The notes below the pieces were generated by a model, which had not been told where the DNA came from, did not search any database, and saw only the letters and a list, made by a program, of their open reading frames with translations. DNA of 64,000 nt from Calditrichota bacterium (GTDB taxonomy: Bacteria; CLD3), in assembly GCA_008501735.1 (NCBI GenBank), contig QQUF01000045.1, forward strand, positions 165,957 to 229,956. Direction: 5' to 3'. Of this stretch, positions 48,642 through 58,461 are shown one piece after another (positions within the stretch are counted from its first letter, which is position 1; each line of letters begins with the position of its first letter). The translations under genes and the position numbers were made by a program.

Positions 48642-49526
48642 TTAATAATCAATTTGCTTAAAGTCTAAACCAAAACTTCTCTTTTTCATTTTAGCTTGGT
48701 AAAGGTCAACTTCAAATTTTCCTTTTCTTAATACTTCTTTGATTTCTTCTTTGTGAGGTTCTGACATTTCACAACCAAAAATTATTTCTTTAAAGGCTGA
48801 TATTGGAAGTTTAAAACATCTTTCTTGTTCGTTTAAATTAGCTCTATTACCTCCTATTAAAATTGCTCTAAACTCTTCTTCATAAATCCAATCTATTGAC
48901 TTTGTTGTTAAAACTTCAATGATTAGTTTTTCTGTTTTTGTACGTGTAGAATCCAAGAATGGAAAATTCTTAGTATAAGAAACTTCTTCAATAAAGATTG
49001 GATATGCCTCCTTGAATTTTCCATTCAAGGAGTCTGAATCATAACCAATACAAAAACCTTTATGATTATAACTATAATGCGACCACATTAAAATATTGGA
49101 TTTGTTTTTTGACAAAGAGAATATCCCAAATTGGTTATCCCATTTATTCTTTTGTTTTTTTTCATTCTCTTTAACATGCTCATCTTTCGTTATTTCAGGA
49201 AACTCCTTTTCATAATTATCCATTCCTTCTTTTATTTTCTCTTCAAGGCTTACAGTAGAACGATTATCAATTAAGATGTAATTTAAAATCATACCAATTT
49301 TGTTTTCATAATCTATTTTTATTGGTATAGAACAGTCAAAAGGGTCATTAAAATTCTTAGGACTCGAAAAGTAAATTTCTTTTTCTGTTAAACATCTTTT
49401 CTTGTCAAAAAACTCTTTCTTTTTAAAAATTATTTTGTTCTCATTTTCTGAAAACGAAAATAAGTTATCATCTTTTTCATCTATCCAAACTCGATACTTG
49501 TATAAAATTTTTGGTAATTCTTCCAT
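48642..49526 (-). CDS. DUF2971-family protein
   Basis: LYKYR near the N-terminus, FSSPKNFNDPFD, ILMWSHYSYNHKGFCIGY and DWIYEEEFR match the recalled DUF2971 signature blocks. Confidence 0.7.
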   Translation of the reverse strand: MEELPKILYKYRVWIDEKDDNLFSFSENENKIIFKKKEFFDKKRCLTEKEIYFSSPKNFNDPFDCSIPIKIDYENKIGMILNYILIDNRSTVSLEEKIKEGMDNYEKEFPEITKDEHVKENEKKQKNKWDNQFGIFSLSKNKSNILMWSHYSYNHKGFCIGYDSDSLNGKFKEAYPIFIEEVSYTKNFPFLDSTRTKTEKLIIEVLTTKSIDWIYEEEFRAILIGGNRANLNEQERCFKLPISAFKEIIFGCEMSEPHKEEIKEVLRKGKFEVDLYQAKMKKRSFGLDFKQIDY

Positions 49527-50599
49527 TAAATTTTCCGATTAAATAAAATTTTATTTTTCCGAAACTCACTCGGTGTCCGATTTGTGAACTTTTTGAAAGC
49601 TGTGTTGAAGGCTGAAACTGAGTTAAAACCTGATTCGTATCCGATGTCTGAGAAATTCAGATTTTCACTTTTCGGGTCGAGAATTAGTCTTTTTGCTTCT
49701 TCAATTCTTAGGCTGTTTACAAAGTCGTAGAAATTCTGATTCCGTCTTTCATTCAAAATTTGCGATAAGTGGTGAGTCGAGATTTTTAGTTTTTTAGCAA
49801 GTTTCACTAAAGTCAAATCGTTTTCCAAATAAGGCTTTTCGGTTTCGATTAGTTTTTCCAATTTTGCCAAATATTGATTCGCCAATTCTTCTGAAAGCGT
49901 GGATTTCTCATACTTTTTGGAAGGCTTCTTCTCTTCTTTGAATTCAAAAATGTCAGGGTTTTTTAGCCCAAAATAACCGATAGCATACATAAAAGCTGAA
50001 ACGTAAATCCAGATAAAATTCCAAGAATTGCTTGGAGAATGCGATTCGTTCAGAAGTGCTAAAACCCAAGTTACAAAATATCCCAAAACCAAAAACCTAA
50101 GCCAAACTGTGTAAATCCGCTTTTGATTTGAGATTTGCAAATTCTTGAAAATGAAAAAAATATAAACCAAATTTTGTAAAATCAAAATCACACCTAATGG
50201 TTCACAGTAAATACAATCTTCGGTTTCAACTCCATTTGGAAGTAAAAAAATTGTTGGCAAAAAAATGAAGAATCCCAACCCAAACGGCAAAAAATGCCAA
50301 AAGTCTTTTGAGTTTATTTCCTTCATTTTTCCAGAAAGTGCCAAAGAATAAAAGTAAAGAAGTGGAGCAATTATTAAGAACAGGACTGAAATGATTTCTG
50401 CGTGAAAGTTGAAATCAAAAATTTTGAGGTTATAAATTGTGTGAATCAGAATCCCTTTAGAGAAAAAGCTCACCATTGTTCCCAAAATTTTATTCGGAAA
50501 TTTGCTCAATCCTTTTTTGCTAAAAAGAATAAATGAAATGGCAAATCCTTGAATTGAGCCAAGAATTAAAATCGTAGAAATTGTGTCTAAATTATTCAT
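49526..50599 (-). CDS. Membrane-anchored AraC-family transcriptional regulator (about 7 TM segments + HTH)
   Basis: Seven hydrophobic segments in residues 1-225. C-terminal AraC HTH (LAKKLKISTHHLSQILN...GFNSVSAFNTAFKKFTNRTPSEFR). Its stop codon overlaps the DUF2971 ATG (TAATG). Confidence 0.8.
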   Translation of the reverse strand: MNNLDTISTILILGSIQGFAISFILFSKKGLSKFPNKILGTMVSFFSKGILIHTIYNLKIFDFNFHAEIISVLFLIIAPLLYFYSLALSGKMKEINSKDFWHFLPFGLGFFIFLPTIFLLPNGVETEDCIYCEPLGVILILQNLVYIFFIFKNLQISNQKRIYTVWLRFLVLGYFVTWVLALLNESHSPSNSWNFIWIYVSAFMYAIGYFGLKNPDIFEFKEEKKPSKKYEKSTLSEELANQYLAKLEKLIETEKPYLENDLTLVKLAKKLKISTHHLSQILNERRNQNFYDFVNSLRIEEAKRLILDPKSENLNFSDIGYESGFNSVSAFNTAFKKFTNRTPSEFRKNKILFNRKI

Positions 50600-50771
50600 T
50601 TAAATTTTAATATTTAATTTTCAAAAAGCCTCAAAATCAGAAGTTAATTTGCCACTAAAACTTACAATCCGAAAATACAATTTAAATTTTGTAATTTTAG
50701 CAAAATAACTTATTTTAGGGCGTTTATAGAATTGACTTTTTTTCGTTCATTCACATAGGAGATAAATTACG

Positions 50772-51620
50772 ATGGATATAAAAAATGTTTCCGTAATCGG
50801 TGCAGGAACAATGGGCAACGGAATCGCTCACGTTTTTGCTCAAAGTGGTTACAAAGTTACATTAATTGATGTAAATCAAGAATTTCTGAACAGAGGGATT
50901 GCGACAATTACCAAAAATTTGGACAGACAAGTAAAGAAAGAAAGAATTACTGAAGCCCAAAAAGAAGCAACCCTTGCAAATATCAACTCTTCTACCGAAC
51001 TCAAAGATGCAAAAGATTCTCAAATAGTTGTCGAAGCTGCAACTGAAAATCCAAAAATCAAATTTGAAATTTTCAGAACGTTAGACGAAATTACTGACGA
51101 ATCTACAATTTTAGCTTCAAACACATCTTCAATTTCAATTACCGAAATCGCTGCTGTAACAAACAGACCTGATAAAGTCATTGGAATGCACTTTATGAAC
51201 CCTGTTCCGATTATGAAATTAGTTGAGATTATTCGCGGGCTTTCGACTTCTGATGAAGTTTACAAGTTAGTTGAAGACTTAAGCAAAGATTTAGGCAAAA
51301 CTCCTTGCGAAGTAAATGATTATCCGGGTTTTGTTTCAAACAGAGTTTTGATGCCGATGATTAACGAAGCGATTTATTGCCTGATGGAAGGTGTTGCAAC
51401 TGCTGAATCAATTGATACAGTAATGAAACTTGGAATGGCTCACCCAATGGGACCTTTGACTTTAGCAGATTTAATCGGACTTGATGTTTGCTTAGCAATT
51501 ATGAATGTACTTCACGACGGACTTGGAGACTCAAAATACAGACCTTGTCCATTACTCAGAAAAATGGTCGCCGCAGGAAAACTTGGTAGAAAAACAGGCG
51601 AAGGTTTTTACAAATATTAA
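50772..51620 (+). CDS. hbd: 3-hydroxybutyryl-CoA dehydrogenase
   Basis: Rossmann motif [12 protein letters not shown], and NTSSISIT. 282 aa. Confidence 0.9.
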   Translation: MDIKNVSVIGAGTMGNGIAHVFAQSGYKVTLIDVNQEFLNRGIATITKNLDRQVKKERITEAQKEATLANINSSTELKDAKDSQIVVEAATENPKIKFEIFRTLDEITDESTILASNTSSISITEIAAVTNRPDKVIGMHFMNPVPIMKLVEIIRGLSTSDEVYKLVEDLSKDLGKTPCEVNDYPGFVSNRVLMPMINEAIYCLMEGVATAESIDTVMKLGMAHPMGPLTLADLIGLDVCLAIMNVLHDGLGDSKYRPCPLLRKMVAAGKLGRKTGEGFYKY

Positions 51621-51639
51621 AAGACTTAAGGAAATTGAA

Positions 51640-52782
51640 ATGAATTTCGAATTATCAGAAGACCACAAATTAATAAAACAGTACGTAAGAGATTTCGCAG
51701 AAGCAGAAATTGCACCAACAACCGCAGAACGAGACAGAAAATCAGAATGTCCAACAGAAATTATAAAAAAATGCGGTGAAATGGGTTACTTCGGAATGTT
51801 CATTCCGGAAGAATATGGCGGAGCAGGAATGGATTACCTTTCCTACGTTTTAGCAATCGAAGAATTTGCAAGAGTTGACGCAAGTGTCGCAGTGATTCTT
51901 TCGGTTACAAATTCACTTGCCGCTTACTCAATTTTCAAATTTGGAAATGAAGACCAAAAACAAAAATTTCTCGTTCCTCTTGCAAGCGGGAAAAAACTCG
52001 GCGGTTATATGTTAACAGAAGCTGGAGCAGGTTCTGACGCAGGTTCTTTAAGAGCAACTGCAATTTTAAAAGGCGATAACTACGTCATTAACGGCTCAAA
52101 AATGTTCATCACAAGCGGATTAATGGCTGACACTTTTATTGTTTTTGCAAAAACTGACCCTGAAGCAAAAAGCGGAAGAGGAATTTCTGCATTTGTCGTT
52201 GATGCAAAAGCAAAAGGACTTAGCGTTAGCAAAAAAGAAAACAAACTTGGAATAAGAAGTTCTGACACTTGCGAAATGGTTTTTGAGGACTGCGAAATTC
52301 CAAAAGAAAACTTGCTCGGTGAAGAAGGAGACGGTTTCAAAATGGCTTTACACATTCTCGATGGTGGAAGAGTTGGAATTTCTGCACAAGCAAATGGAAT
52401 TTCGACAGCTGCTCTTGAAAATGCAATAAAATACGCGAACGAAAGAAAACAATTCAACCGCACAATCGGTTCATTCCAAGCAATTCAATTCAAACTTGCC
52501 GATATGGCTACAAAACTTGAAGCAGCAAGGCTTTTGATGATTCAAGCAGCTTGGAAGAAACAAAACGAAATGAAATGCACAAAAGAATGTGCAATGTCAA
52601 AAGTATTCTCATCGGAATCCTGTACTTGGATTACAAATCAAGCTGTCCAAATCTTTGGAGGTTATGGTTATATGAATGAATATCCTGTAGAAAGACTAAT
52701 GAGAGACGCAAAAATTACTGAACTTTACGAAGGAACTTCTGAAGTTCAAAGAATAGTGATTTCAAGAAATATTATGAAATAA
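51640..52782 (+). CDS. Short-chain acyl-CoA dehydrogenase (butyryl-CoA dehydrogenase-like)
   Basis: Start moved to the ATG at 51640 (MNFELSEDHKL, RBS AAGGAAA 6 nt upstream); the track start at 51505 overlaps hbd. Motifs YEGTSEVQR and GGYGYMNEYPVER. Confidence 0.9.
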   Translation: MNFELSEDHKLIKQYVRDFAEAEIAPTTAERDRKSECPTEIIKKCGEMGYFGMFIPEEYGGAGMDYLSYVLAIEEFARVDASVAVILSVTNSLAAYSIFKFGNEDQKQKFLVPLASGKKLGGYMLTEAGAGSDAGSLRATAILKGDNYVINGSKMFITSGLMADTFIVFAKTDPEAKSGRGISAFVVDAKAKGLSVSKKENKLGIRSSDTCEMVFEDCEIPKENLLGEEGDGFKMALHILDGGRVGISAQANGISTAALENAIKYANERKQFNRTIGSFQAIQFKLADMATKLEAARLLMIQAAWKKQNEMKCTKECAMSKVFSSESCTWITNQAVQIFGGYGYMNEYPVERLMRDAKITELYEGTSEVQRIVISRNIMK

Positions 52783-52842
52783 AATTAAGTTTAATAAATG
52801 GCAGACTTTTATCTGTCATTTTTTATTTTGGAGACAAATCAA

Positions 52843-53943
52843 ATGACCGTTATGAAACAAATGTTAGAACACGACCACGAACAAATCGTTTTTTGTAACG
52901 ACCCTGAAAGTGGTTTAAAAGCAATTATTGCAATACACGACACAACTTTGGGACCTGCTCTTGGTGGTCTTAGAATCTGGAACTACGCAACCGAAGAAGA
53001 AGCATTCAACGATGTTCTTAGACTTTCAAGAGGAATGACTTACAAAGCTGCTGTTGCAGGATTAAATCTTGGTGGTGGAAAAGCTGTCATTATCGGAGAC
53101 GCTAAAAAAATAAAATCAGAAGCACTTTTCAGAGTTTTCGGTAGATTTATCGAAGGTTTGAATGGACGCTACATTACTGCCGAAGACGTAAACACCTCCG
53201 TAAAAGACATCGAATACATTATGCAAGAAACTAAATACGTAACAGGAATTCCTGTTCGTTACGGTGGAAGTGGTGACCCTTCTCCTTTTACAGCAAGAGG
53301 AGTTTATTGGAGTATGAGAGCTTGTTGTAAAGAAATGTACGGAACAGACTCTTTGAACGGCAAAAAAGTTGCGATTAAAGGACTCGGACACGTTGGAAGT
53401 TACTTAGCTCAATTCTGTTATGAAGATGGTGCTGAACTAATTGTTTCTGACATTTATGAAGATAAAGTTAACCCAATGGTTGAAAAGTATAACGCAACTG
53501 TGATGAGTGTTGACGACGTTCTTTCTGCAGATGTTGACATTGTTGCTCCTTGTGCTTTAGGTGGTGGAATTAACCAAAAAACAATTCCAACAATCAAAGC
53601 AAAAATTATTTGTGGTGCAGCAAACAACCAACTCGGAGACGAGAACATTGACGGACCAGCTTTGAAAGAAAGAGGAATTCTTTATGCTCCTGATTACGTT
53701 GTGAATGCAGGTGGTTTAATCAATGTTTACAACGAACTCAAACCTCACGGTTACAACCCTGAAAGTTCAAGAGACCAAGTTCGCCATATTTATGACGTAA
53801 TGCTTCAAATTATTGCATTGTCTAAAGAAAAAAATATTTCTACTCATAGAGCAGCAAATCAAATCGCAGAAGATAGAATTGCCTCAATTCGTAACATCAA
53901 CACGATTAAAACGACCGGAAAAGGTACTCTTGAAAACAGATAA
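52843..53943 (+). CDS. Leu/Phe/Val dehydrogenase family enzyme (leucine dehydrogenase-like)
   Basis: Start moved to the ATG at 52843 (MTVMKQMLEHDHEQIVF, GGAG upstream). Catalytic-Lys motif GGGKAV and NAD motif GLGHVG. Confidence 0.85.
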   Translation: MTVMKQMLEHDHEQIVFCNDPESGLKAIIAIHDTTLGPALGGLRIWNYATEEEAFNDVLRLSRGMTYKAAVAGLNLGGGKAVIIGDAKKIKSEALFRVFGRFIEGLNGRYITAEDVNTSVKDIEYIMQETKYVTGIPVRYGGSGDPSPFTARGVYWSMRACCKEMYGTDSLNGKKVAIKGLGHVGSYLAQFCYEDGAELIVSDIYEDKVNPMVEKYNATVMSVDDVLSADVDIVAPCALGGGINQKTIPTIKAKIICGAANNQLGDENIDGPALKERGILYAPDYVVNAGGLINVYNELKPHGYNPESSRDQVRHIYDVMLQIIALSKEKNISTHRAANQIAEDRIASIRNINTIKTTGKGTLENR

Positions 53944-54445
53944 AAAAACGAAATTTACACCTCGAAGATTAGCCCGTGAACTTGTTTTACACGGGCTTTA
54001 TTCTTTGGAGTTTTCGAATAATCAAACAGTTACCGAAGTTATTGCAGACATTAAAAATCTTAACTTTGGAAACATTTCTCAAGAGCTTGACGAAGAACTT
54101 GAAAACTTGATTGAGCGAAATGATACAAATTTTCAAAAGAAGGCGATGACTTATTTTGAGCAACTTTTTATCAAAGTTTTCAACAATAAGAGGGAACTTG
54201 AAGACGAACTAAAGAAAAGAGCTAAAAACTGGAAAATGGACAGAATTACTTTAATGGACAAACTCATAATTATTATTGGGCTTTGTGAATTAAAATATTT
54301 TGATTCTGTTCCACCTCTTGCAGTTATGAATGAAGCAATTGAAATTTCTAAAAAATTTAGTAGCCCAAAAAGCGGTAAATTTATAAACGGAGTTTTGAAT
54401 TCTTACTACGCTGATAGTTCTCAAACTGCCGAAAATATTTCTTAA
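53930..54445 (+). CDS. nusB: Transcription antitermination factor NusB
   Basis: RRLARELVLHGLYSLEF and the C-terminal FINGVL motif. The proposed TTG start at 53930 (GGAAAAGG upstream) overlaps the dehydrogenase stop codon; the exact start is uncertain. Confidence 0.7.
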   Translation: MKTDKKTKFTPRRLARELVLHGLYSLEFSNNQTVTEVIADIKNLNFGNISQELDEELENLIERNDTNFQKKAMTYFEQLFIKVFNNKRELEDELKKRAKNWKMDRITLMDKLIIIIGLCELKYFDSVPPLAVMNEAIEISKKFSSPKSGKFINGVLNSYYADSSQTAENIS

Positions 54446-54465
54446 CCTTTTACAAAAGTTAATTA

Positions 54466-55182
54466 ATGCGAAAAGCAATAATTTCTGACATTCACGCAAA
54501 CCTCGAAGCTCTCAAAACGGCTTTAGATTGGATTAAAAATGAAGGCATCGAACAAATCATTTGCCTTGGAGACATCGTCGGTTACGGTGCAAATCCAAAC
54601 GAATGCGTTGATTTAATTCGAGAATACTGCACAGTAGTTGTCAAAGGAAATCACGATTCGGCAACGACTGACGGGGAAGACCTTTACAACTTTAATCCTT
54701 ACGCAAAAAAAGCTGTCCTTTGGACAAAAGAACAGCTTTCAAAGAGAAATTACGAATACCTTTACTACTTGCCTTTAAAAGTAGAAATTGGCGATTACAC
54801 TTTTGTCCACTCTACTCCCAAAAAGCCTGAAAGGTGGAATTACATAATTACCGAATACGACGCGACTTTGTCTTTTGCAAATTTTGAAGGACAAGCGTGT
54901 TTAGTCGGACATTCTCATCTTCCGGGTTGCTACGGAACAGATGAAAGTTTCATTCTTGAGCAAGAATTTGTTCTCACTGAAGGTGTAAAATACATAATTA
55001 ACGTCGGAAGTGTTGGACAACCAAGAGACGGCGACCCAAGACTTTGCTTCGGAGTTTTAGACGAAGAGAAACGCGATTTCGCTTGGATTAGACTCGAATA
55101 TGACAAAGAAAAAACAGGTCAAAGAATTATCGAAAGTGGTTTGCCTCCTTACTTAGCAGACAGACTTAAAGTCGGCAGATAA
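54466..55182 (+). CDS. Metallophosphoesterase (YfcE/MJ0936-like)
   Basis: ISDIHAN, GDIVGYG, GNHD and GHSH motifs. Confidence 0.8.
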   Translation: MRKAIISDIHANLEALKTALDWIKNEGIEQIICLGDIVGYGANPNECVDLIREYCTVVVKGNHDSATTDGEDLYNFNPYAKKAVLWTKEQLSKRNYEYLYYLPLKVEIGDYTFVHSTPKKPERWNYIITEYDATLSFANFEGQACLVGHSHLPGCYGTDESFILEQEFVLTEGVKYIINVGSVGQPRDGDPRLCFGVLDEEKRDFAWIRLEYDKEKTGQRIIESGLPPYLADRLKVGR

Positions 55183-55201
55183 ATCTAACGAAAATATTTT
55201 G

Positions 55202-55256
55202 GGATTGCGGACTTTAGTCCGTTTCTTCTTACCTAACGAACTAAAGTTCGCAATCC
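55202..55256. terminator. 20-bp-stem hairpin between convergent genes
   Basis: GGATTGCGGACTTTAGTCCG / CGAACTAAAGTTCGCAATCC (one G-U pair, one mismatch) with a 15-nt loop. A/T-rich runs (AAAATATTTT upstream, AAAAGTAATATTTTT downstream) flank it on both sides. Confidence 0.6.
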
Positions 55257-55270
55257 TAAAAGTAATATTT

Positions 55271-55756
55271 TTAGAAAAACATTTTCATTTGGAAACTTGC
55301 TTTTTCGTGGTCTAAAAGCCATTGTTTTCGCCACAAACCTCCAGCGTAACCAACTAATTTTCCATCGCTTCCAATGACTCTGTGGCAAGGAATTACGATT
55401 GCAATTTTGTTTTTGCCGTTTGCTCCACCAACAGCACGAATTGCTTTTACATCGCCAAGTTTTTCTGAAAGTTTTAGATAGGAAGTTGTCTGCCCAAACG
55501 GAATTTTTAGAAGCTCCGCCCAAACACGATTTTGAAAATCCGTTCCTTTTGGATTTAGTTTCAAATCGAATTCTTTTCTCTCGCCTTTAAAATATTCTTC
55601 TAATTGATTTCTACCTTCAACAAGACAAAATGGAATTTCCTTTGAAGAATCACCTTTCGCATTTTCTAAAGAAATTTCCTCAATTCCAGAGTCAGAACCA
55701 ACAATTTTAATCTTGCCGATTTTGGAATCAAAAATAAGTTGTGAGTTTAAAGACAT
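55271..55756 (-). CDS. ogt: Methylated-DNA--protein-cysteine methyltransferase
   Basis: Active site IPCHRVIGSDG. Start moved to the ATG at 55756 (MSLNSQL), which removes the overlap with the upstream gene. Confidence 0.85.
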   Translation of the reverse strand: MSLNSQLIFDSKIGKIKIVGSDSGIEEISLENAKGDSSKEIPFCLVEGRNQLEEYFKGERKEFDLKLNPKGTDFQNRVWAELLKIPFGQTTSYLKLSEKLGDVKAIRAVGGANGKNKIAIVIPCHRVIGSDGKLVGYAGGLWRKQWLLDHEKASFQMKMFF

Positions 55757-55761
55757 AAACT

Positions 55762-56163
55762 TTAGGCTTTTTTGAAAAGAACTATTGAAGTACAATTTTT
55801 GTCAAACTCGTAAAAAACTTTGTCAACAAGTGCTTTGATAATTAAAATCCCTCTGCCGTTTTCAGCAAAAACATTTTCAGGAGCTAAAGGGTCACGAAGT
55901 TCTTTGATTTCAAAACCTTCGCCTTCATCGGAAATTTTGAGCGTTACTTCATTTTCGTAAACCTTGAAAGTAAGAGTAATGTTTTTTGCAGGATTACTTT
56001 TGTTGCCGTGAATTATTGCGTTGTTAGCTGCTTCTGTGGCTGCAATCGCAAAATCATCACAAGAGTCTTCATCAAAATTTGCCTTTTTACAAACCTCCGC
56101 ACAAATTTTTTCAACTTTAGTGATGTTATTTGGAATGCTCTGAATTTTGTATTCAAATTCCAT
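55762..56163 (-). CDS. Anti-sigma regulatory factor (RsbW/SpoIIAB-like Ser/Thr kinase, HATPase fold)
   Basis: 133 aa. N-box-like ATEAANNAIIHGN and G-box DEGEGF...NGRGILII. Confidence 0.65.
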   Translation of the reverse strand: MEFEYKIQSIPNNITKVEKICAEVCKKANFDEDSCDDFAIAATEAANNAIIHGNKSNPAKNITLTFKVYENEVTLKISDEGEGFEIKELRDPLAPENVFAENGRGILIIKALVDKVFYEFDKNCTSIVLFKKA

Positions 56164-56225
56164 TTTTTTAGCTCGTTTTTAAAAGGGTTTGCAAACTTCT
56201 TACTTTCTTAGAAAAAATAAGTTGC

Positions 56226-58199
56226 TTAGAAATTCCACAAAATTTTTAGTTCTACTTCTGTGTTAAAATCGTCAACTTCCGACGACGAAAACTGAACATT
56301 TCCACTTTCGTCCAAAACTATCGGGAAATTAGGGTTCTTTCTTTTAGTAGTTGACTTGTAATGAGTTCCGCGAAAATCCAAAACGAAATTTTTAAATTTG
56401 TAGTTTACTAGAAGTCCAGGACCGAAGTTTTCAATTTTCAACTCTGTAAATCTTTCACTGAAAATTGTCTGTTCGTCCGTTTCCTCGTCAGAAGAATCCA
56501 ACCACAAAAATTTGTCGCTTTGAATTGAAAAAATATTAACAAACGGTGCAAAAAACAACGACTTTGTGATTGATTTTTCTAATTTAAAAGTAACTTCATT
56601 TTCAAAGCGTTCAGTCCTTTTTTGCGAAATCTTTTTGTCTTCGTTGAAGTAACTATTTTCGCGAAAAGTGAACTTGTAAGAACTAATAAAATTCAGTTTA
56701 TCAGTCAAAGTAAGTTCCAAATTTGAGTTGTTTCCCAACTTTCTTTCAAGTGTAATCGGAATGTCGTTCAAACTTGAAAAGTTAGATTGTCTAACATTTT
56801 CAAACTCATAAACTGTTTGCTTAGCTTGAATAAAAAGTAAGTTGTACCAATCTAAACGGCTATTTTCTCCACTCAATTCGTGACTAAAGAAATAAATTCT
56901 GTCCGTAAAATTATTAATACTGTAATCCGCAGAAATGAATCTTTTTGTAAAATTTGAAAATTTAAACAAAACTGTCTGCGAGCTTTTTTCACTAAATTTG
57001 TAAGTCTCACCAACCTTGAAAAGAAACTCAAGTTCGTCTCTGTCAGAATCCCCGTCAGGAAGCTGTTTGTAAGTGTCTTTAAAAGTTGTGAAACTACTAA
57101 AAATCGTGTGTTTGGGGTTTATTCTAAGACGATTTGAGAAAAATAATTTAATAATTTCATCTCGATTTTTGAAAGTTGAATTTTGAAATTCTGATTCTTC
57201 AAGGCGAATTTCTCCACCAAACGAAAATTCATTAAAGCCTTTAACAAAATTTAAACTCAAATTTCCACCGAATGAGAAACGGTCAACATTAATGTTTGAA
57301 CTTTGAACAAAAGCGGATTCAAGCCTCCAGAAAGCAAACTTTGTTAGTTCGTAAGTTGTAAAGTTAAGAAAACTAAGTTCACGTTCCTCCTTTGATTCAA
57401 TGTCAATTGTTGTGTCAACACCAGTTACGTAATCTCTCGAACTCTTACTATAATTGAATGAAAATGAGTTTGTAATAAAATCTTCGTTTGAATCTAAAGT
57501 TACTCTTGAAACGAGTCCGTATTGTTTAAGCCGAGTATTTTTTCTTGCACTTAATTCACCTTTCTCGCCGTCAAGTAAAACAGAAATTCTATGTTTTTCA
57601 TTAAATGAAAATTCGTCTAACTCCGCTTCACTTCCAAAAATAAAACCGTTAAAATCTTCTTCTTTTTGTTCAACAAATTCCCAAGATGCTTTTGGAGAAA
57701 TTCTAATTCTCTGTGTTGGGTTGTAGTTTAAACCGATAAAAGTTTCATTTTGATAATTTTCAGAAGAAGTGATGTTTGACTTTGTTAATTGTTCAGAGAT
57801 AACTTGAGAATGGTTTTCGAGTAACAAGCTAAAGTTTGGAGAAAATTTGTAATTCGTTTCGATGTTAAACTTTTGATTGTCTTGGATTTGCTTTTGAGTA
57901 GTTCTTGTCGAATCGTTAATCGCAACTTTCGAACGAAGAATTTTCGTAGTCAAATTTTGGTTAAGTATAAAATCAAATTTTGTAGATTTTTTCTGATAAA
58001 AATATTTGTCCGTCCACCCAAATTCATCAACAAACTGAAAGTAATCAATACTAAGCTGATTCACTCGATTCGGATTTTCCTGAGAAAAACAAACCTTGCA
58101 GAGAAGTAAAAAAAGAAATACAATTTTAAATTTTTGATTCAAACTTAGCTTTAAAAGTAAAGAAGTGGAACTTTGAAAAGTGAACCTAAAACTATACAA
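56226..58199 (-). CDS. Hypothetical large outer-membrane beta-barrel protein
   Basis: Alternating-hydrophobicity strands throughout. C-terminal beta-signal-like ELKILWNF. An internal TTG at 58142 would give a canonical signal peptide (NQKFKIVFLFLLLCKVCFSQE) and is the more likely start. Confidence 0.5.
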   Translation of the reverse strand: MYSFRFTFQSSTSLLLKLSLNQKFKIVFLFLLLCKVCFSQENPNRVNQLSIDYFQFVDEFGWTDKYFYQKKSTKFDFILNQNLTTKILRSKVAINDSTRTTQKQIQDNQKFNIETNYKFSPNFSLLLENHSQVISEQLTKSNITSSENYQNETFIGLNYNPTQRIRISPKASWEFVEQKEEDFNGFIFGSEAELDEFSFNEKHRISVLLDGEKGELSARKNTRLKQYGLVSRVTLDSNEDFITNSFSFNYSKSSRDYVTGVDTTIDIESKEERELSFLNFTTYELTKFAFWRLESAFVQSSNINVDRFSFGGNLSLNFVKGFNEFSFGGEIRLEESEFQNSTFKNRDEIIKLFFSNRLRINPKHTIFSSFTTFKDTYKQLPDGDSDRDELEFLFKVGETYKFSEKSSQTVLFKFSNFTKRFISADYSINNFTDRIYFFSHELSGENSRLDWYNLLFIQAKQTVYEFENVRQSNFSSLNDIPITLERKLGNNSNLELTLTDKLNFISSYKFTFRENSYFNEDKKISQKRTERFENEVTFKLEKSITKSLFFAPFVNIFSIQSDKFLWLDSSDEETDEQTIFSERFTELKIENFGPGLLVNYKFKNFVLDFRGTHYKSTTKRKNPNFPIVLDESGNVQFSSSEVDDFNTEVELKILWNF

Positions 58200-58330
58200 A
58201 AATTTTAATTGAAATCATAAAACTTGTTAATCTGAAAATTAACTGAGTTTAATTTTGGACATATCGTCGGATTCTGAACACATTGTTACTATTTTTATCT
58301 CTTTTATGAATCGAAAGACTGTTTTTACAT

Positions 58331-58346
58331 TGGCATAAACATTGCA
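58331..58346 (+). promoter_or_regulatory. Candidate sigma-54 (-24/-12) promoter
   Basis: TGGCAT-aaaca-TTGCA against the consensus TGGCAC-N5-TTGCW: 10 of 11 fixed positions, with correct GG-to-GC spacing. Lies 116 nt upstream of the 58462 ATG. Confidence 0.35.
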
Positions 58347-58421
58347 ATAATTTTTTCACAGATGCCTATCAGGCTCGGAGTTTTTGAATAGAGTTATAAA
58401 AGGGTTTGATATTTGAAGTAA

Positions 58422-58450
58422 GCAAAGGCATTTAGCCTTTGCTTTTTTTT
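58422..58450 (+). terminator. Rho-independent terminator/attenuator with no upstream + strand ORF
   Basis: GCAAAGGC-attta-GCCTTTGC followed by T8. It abuts the GGAG RBS of the next gene. Confidence 0.65.
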
Positions 58451-58461
58451 GGAGTTTTGCA

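Noticed and set aside
51505-51639. Long N-terminal extensions in the ORF track (acyl-CoA dehydrogenase from 51505; Leu dehydrogenase from 52798; ogt from 55795; NusB from 53813)
   Set aside because: The extensions overlap the preceding gene or lack homology-like sequence. Internal starts with an RBS (51640, 52843, 55756, TTG 53930) give canonical N-termini.
55233-55523. 96-aa minus-strand ORF overlapping ogt and the intergenic hairpin
   Set aside because: It is out of frame with the motif-supported ogt reading frame (PCHRV) and runs through the terminator hairpin.
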